A DNA stretch of 63,927 nt, the filler included, from Lama guanicoe (Eukaryota): NCBI GenBank assembly GCA_013239625.1. It is 74 parts of 72 records of this genome, joined end to end, with 100 filler letters (N's around TTAATTAATTAA, not from the genome) between each part and the next. Parts side by side here need not be neighbours in the genome. Positions count along the whole stretch, not along the records: positions 63,484 to 63,927 come from PNXV01012554.1; 73 more parts are not named here. One strand, 5' to 3'. Shown piece by piece: positions 63,484 through 63,927 of this stretch. The notes under the pieces are model-generated. The model did no database searches. It was not told the DNA's origin and was given only the letters and a program-made list of their open reading frames with translations. Made by a program: the position numbers and the translations under genes. Position 1 is the stretch's first letter. Each line of letters opens with the position of its first letter.

Positions 63484-63705
63484 CTCTATCAAAAGACAGC
63501 GCTCTTCGGATGGCAGTGCTCCCCAAGGCGATACGTATACTCAACATGGCTTCGATAATAATCCCTGCGGGCTCCTCTGCAGTAACTGACTATCTGCTGC
63601 TACAATTCATATGGGAATTCGAGGGTCTCAGTAACCAAAACGTACTTGGAAAAGAAGAATAACGTGAGAGGACTTGTAATTCTCAATTTCAAACCTTACA
63701 ACTGT
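63484..63705 (+). mobile_element. Old L1 ORF2 fragment
   Basis: ctacaattcatatgggaattc...aaaacgtacttggaaaagaagaataacgtgagaggactt matches LKFIW..K...KTILKKKNKVGGL. Confidence 0.75.
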
Positions 63706-63927
63706 ATCTCTAGGTGAGATTAGAGGCCATTGTGAAGTTATTGCTATGTTTATCCTTATTTTCTAAATTCTCTACAATGAATATAACTGTTACAATAAGA
63801 AAAATTAAAAGTAATTTATCCTTTAAAACATGCACACCGATTCATTCATTCAGAAAAAATTATTTTATCAATAAAGACATAAACAAATATCTAGTGAAAA
63901 AGGACTACTTAAAAACAAGAGTGCATT

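Overview
This window is not a contiguous locus. It is an artificial concatenation of about 74 short unplaced contigs or scaffolds (roughly 0.4-2 kb each) from a mammalian assembly. They are joined by an identical 100-bp linker, N44-TTAATTAATTAA-N44 (about 73 copies by my count), so adjacency across linkers has no biological meaning and most N-spanning ORFs in the track are artefacts. The repeats point to a camelid (inference from recall): a tRNA-Ala-derived vic-1-type SINE and young L1 5'/3' UTRs. Most of the content is sequence that assembles poorly. There are four satellite families: (A) a heptamer TATAGAA/TTCTATA satellite with 119-126-bp higher-order units, (B) a GC-rich ~267-bp satellite, (C) a ~249-bp satellite and (D) an AT-rich ~250-bp satellite with a ~760-bp trimeric unit. 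There are also young and old LINE-1 pieces, LTRs, MIR/L2 relics, and old L1 fossils that were re-amplified as near-identical copies. Genic pieces are an immunoglobulin lambda V segment (IGLV2-like) with a 23-bp-spacer RSS, a probable NEK10 terminal exon, an unidentified decayed coding exon and weaker exon candidates. I found no support for a novel multi-gene system or CRISPR array. The best leads are the satellite architecture and the amplified L1-fossil unit.
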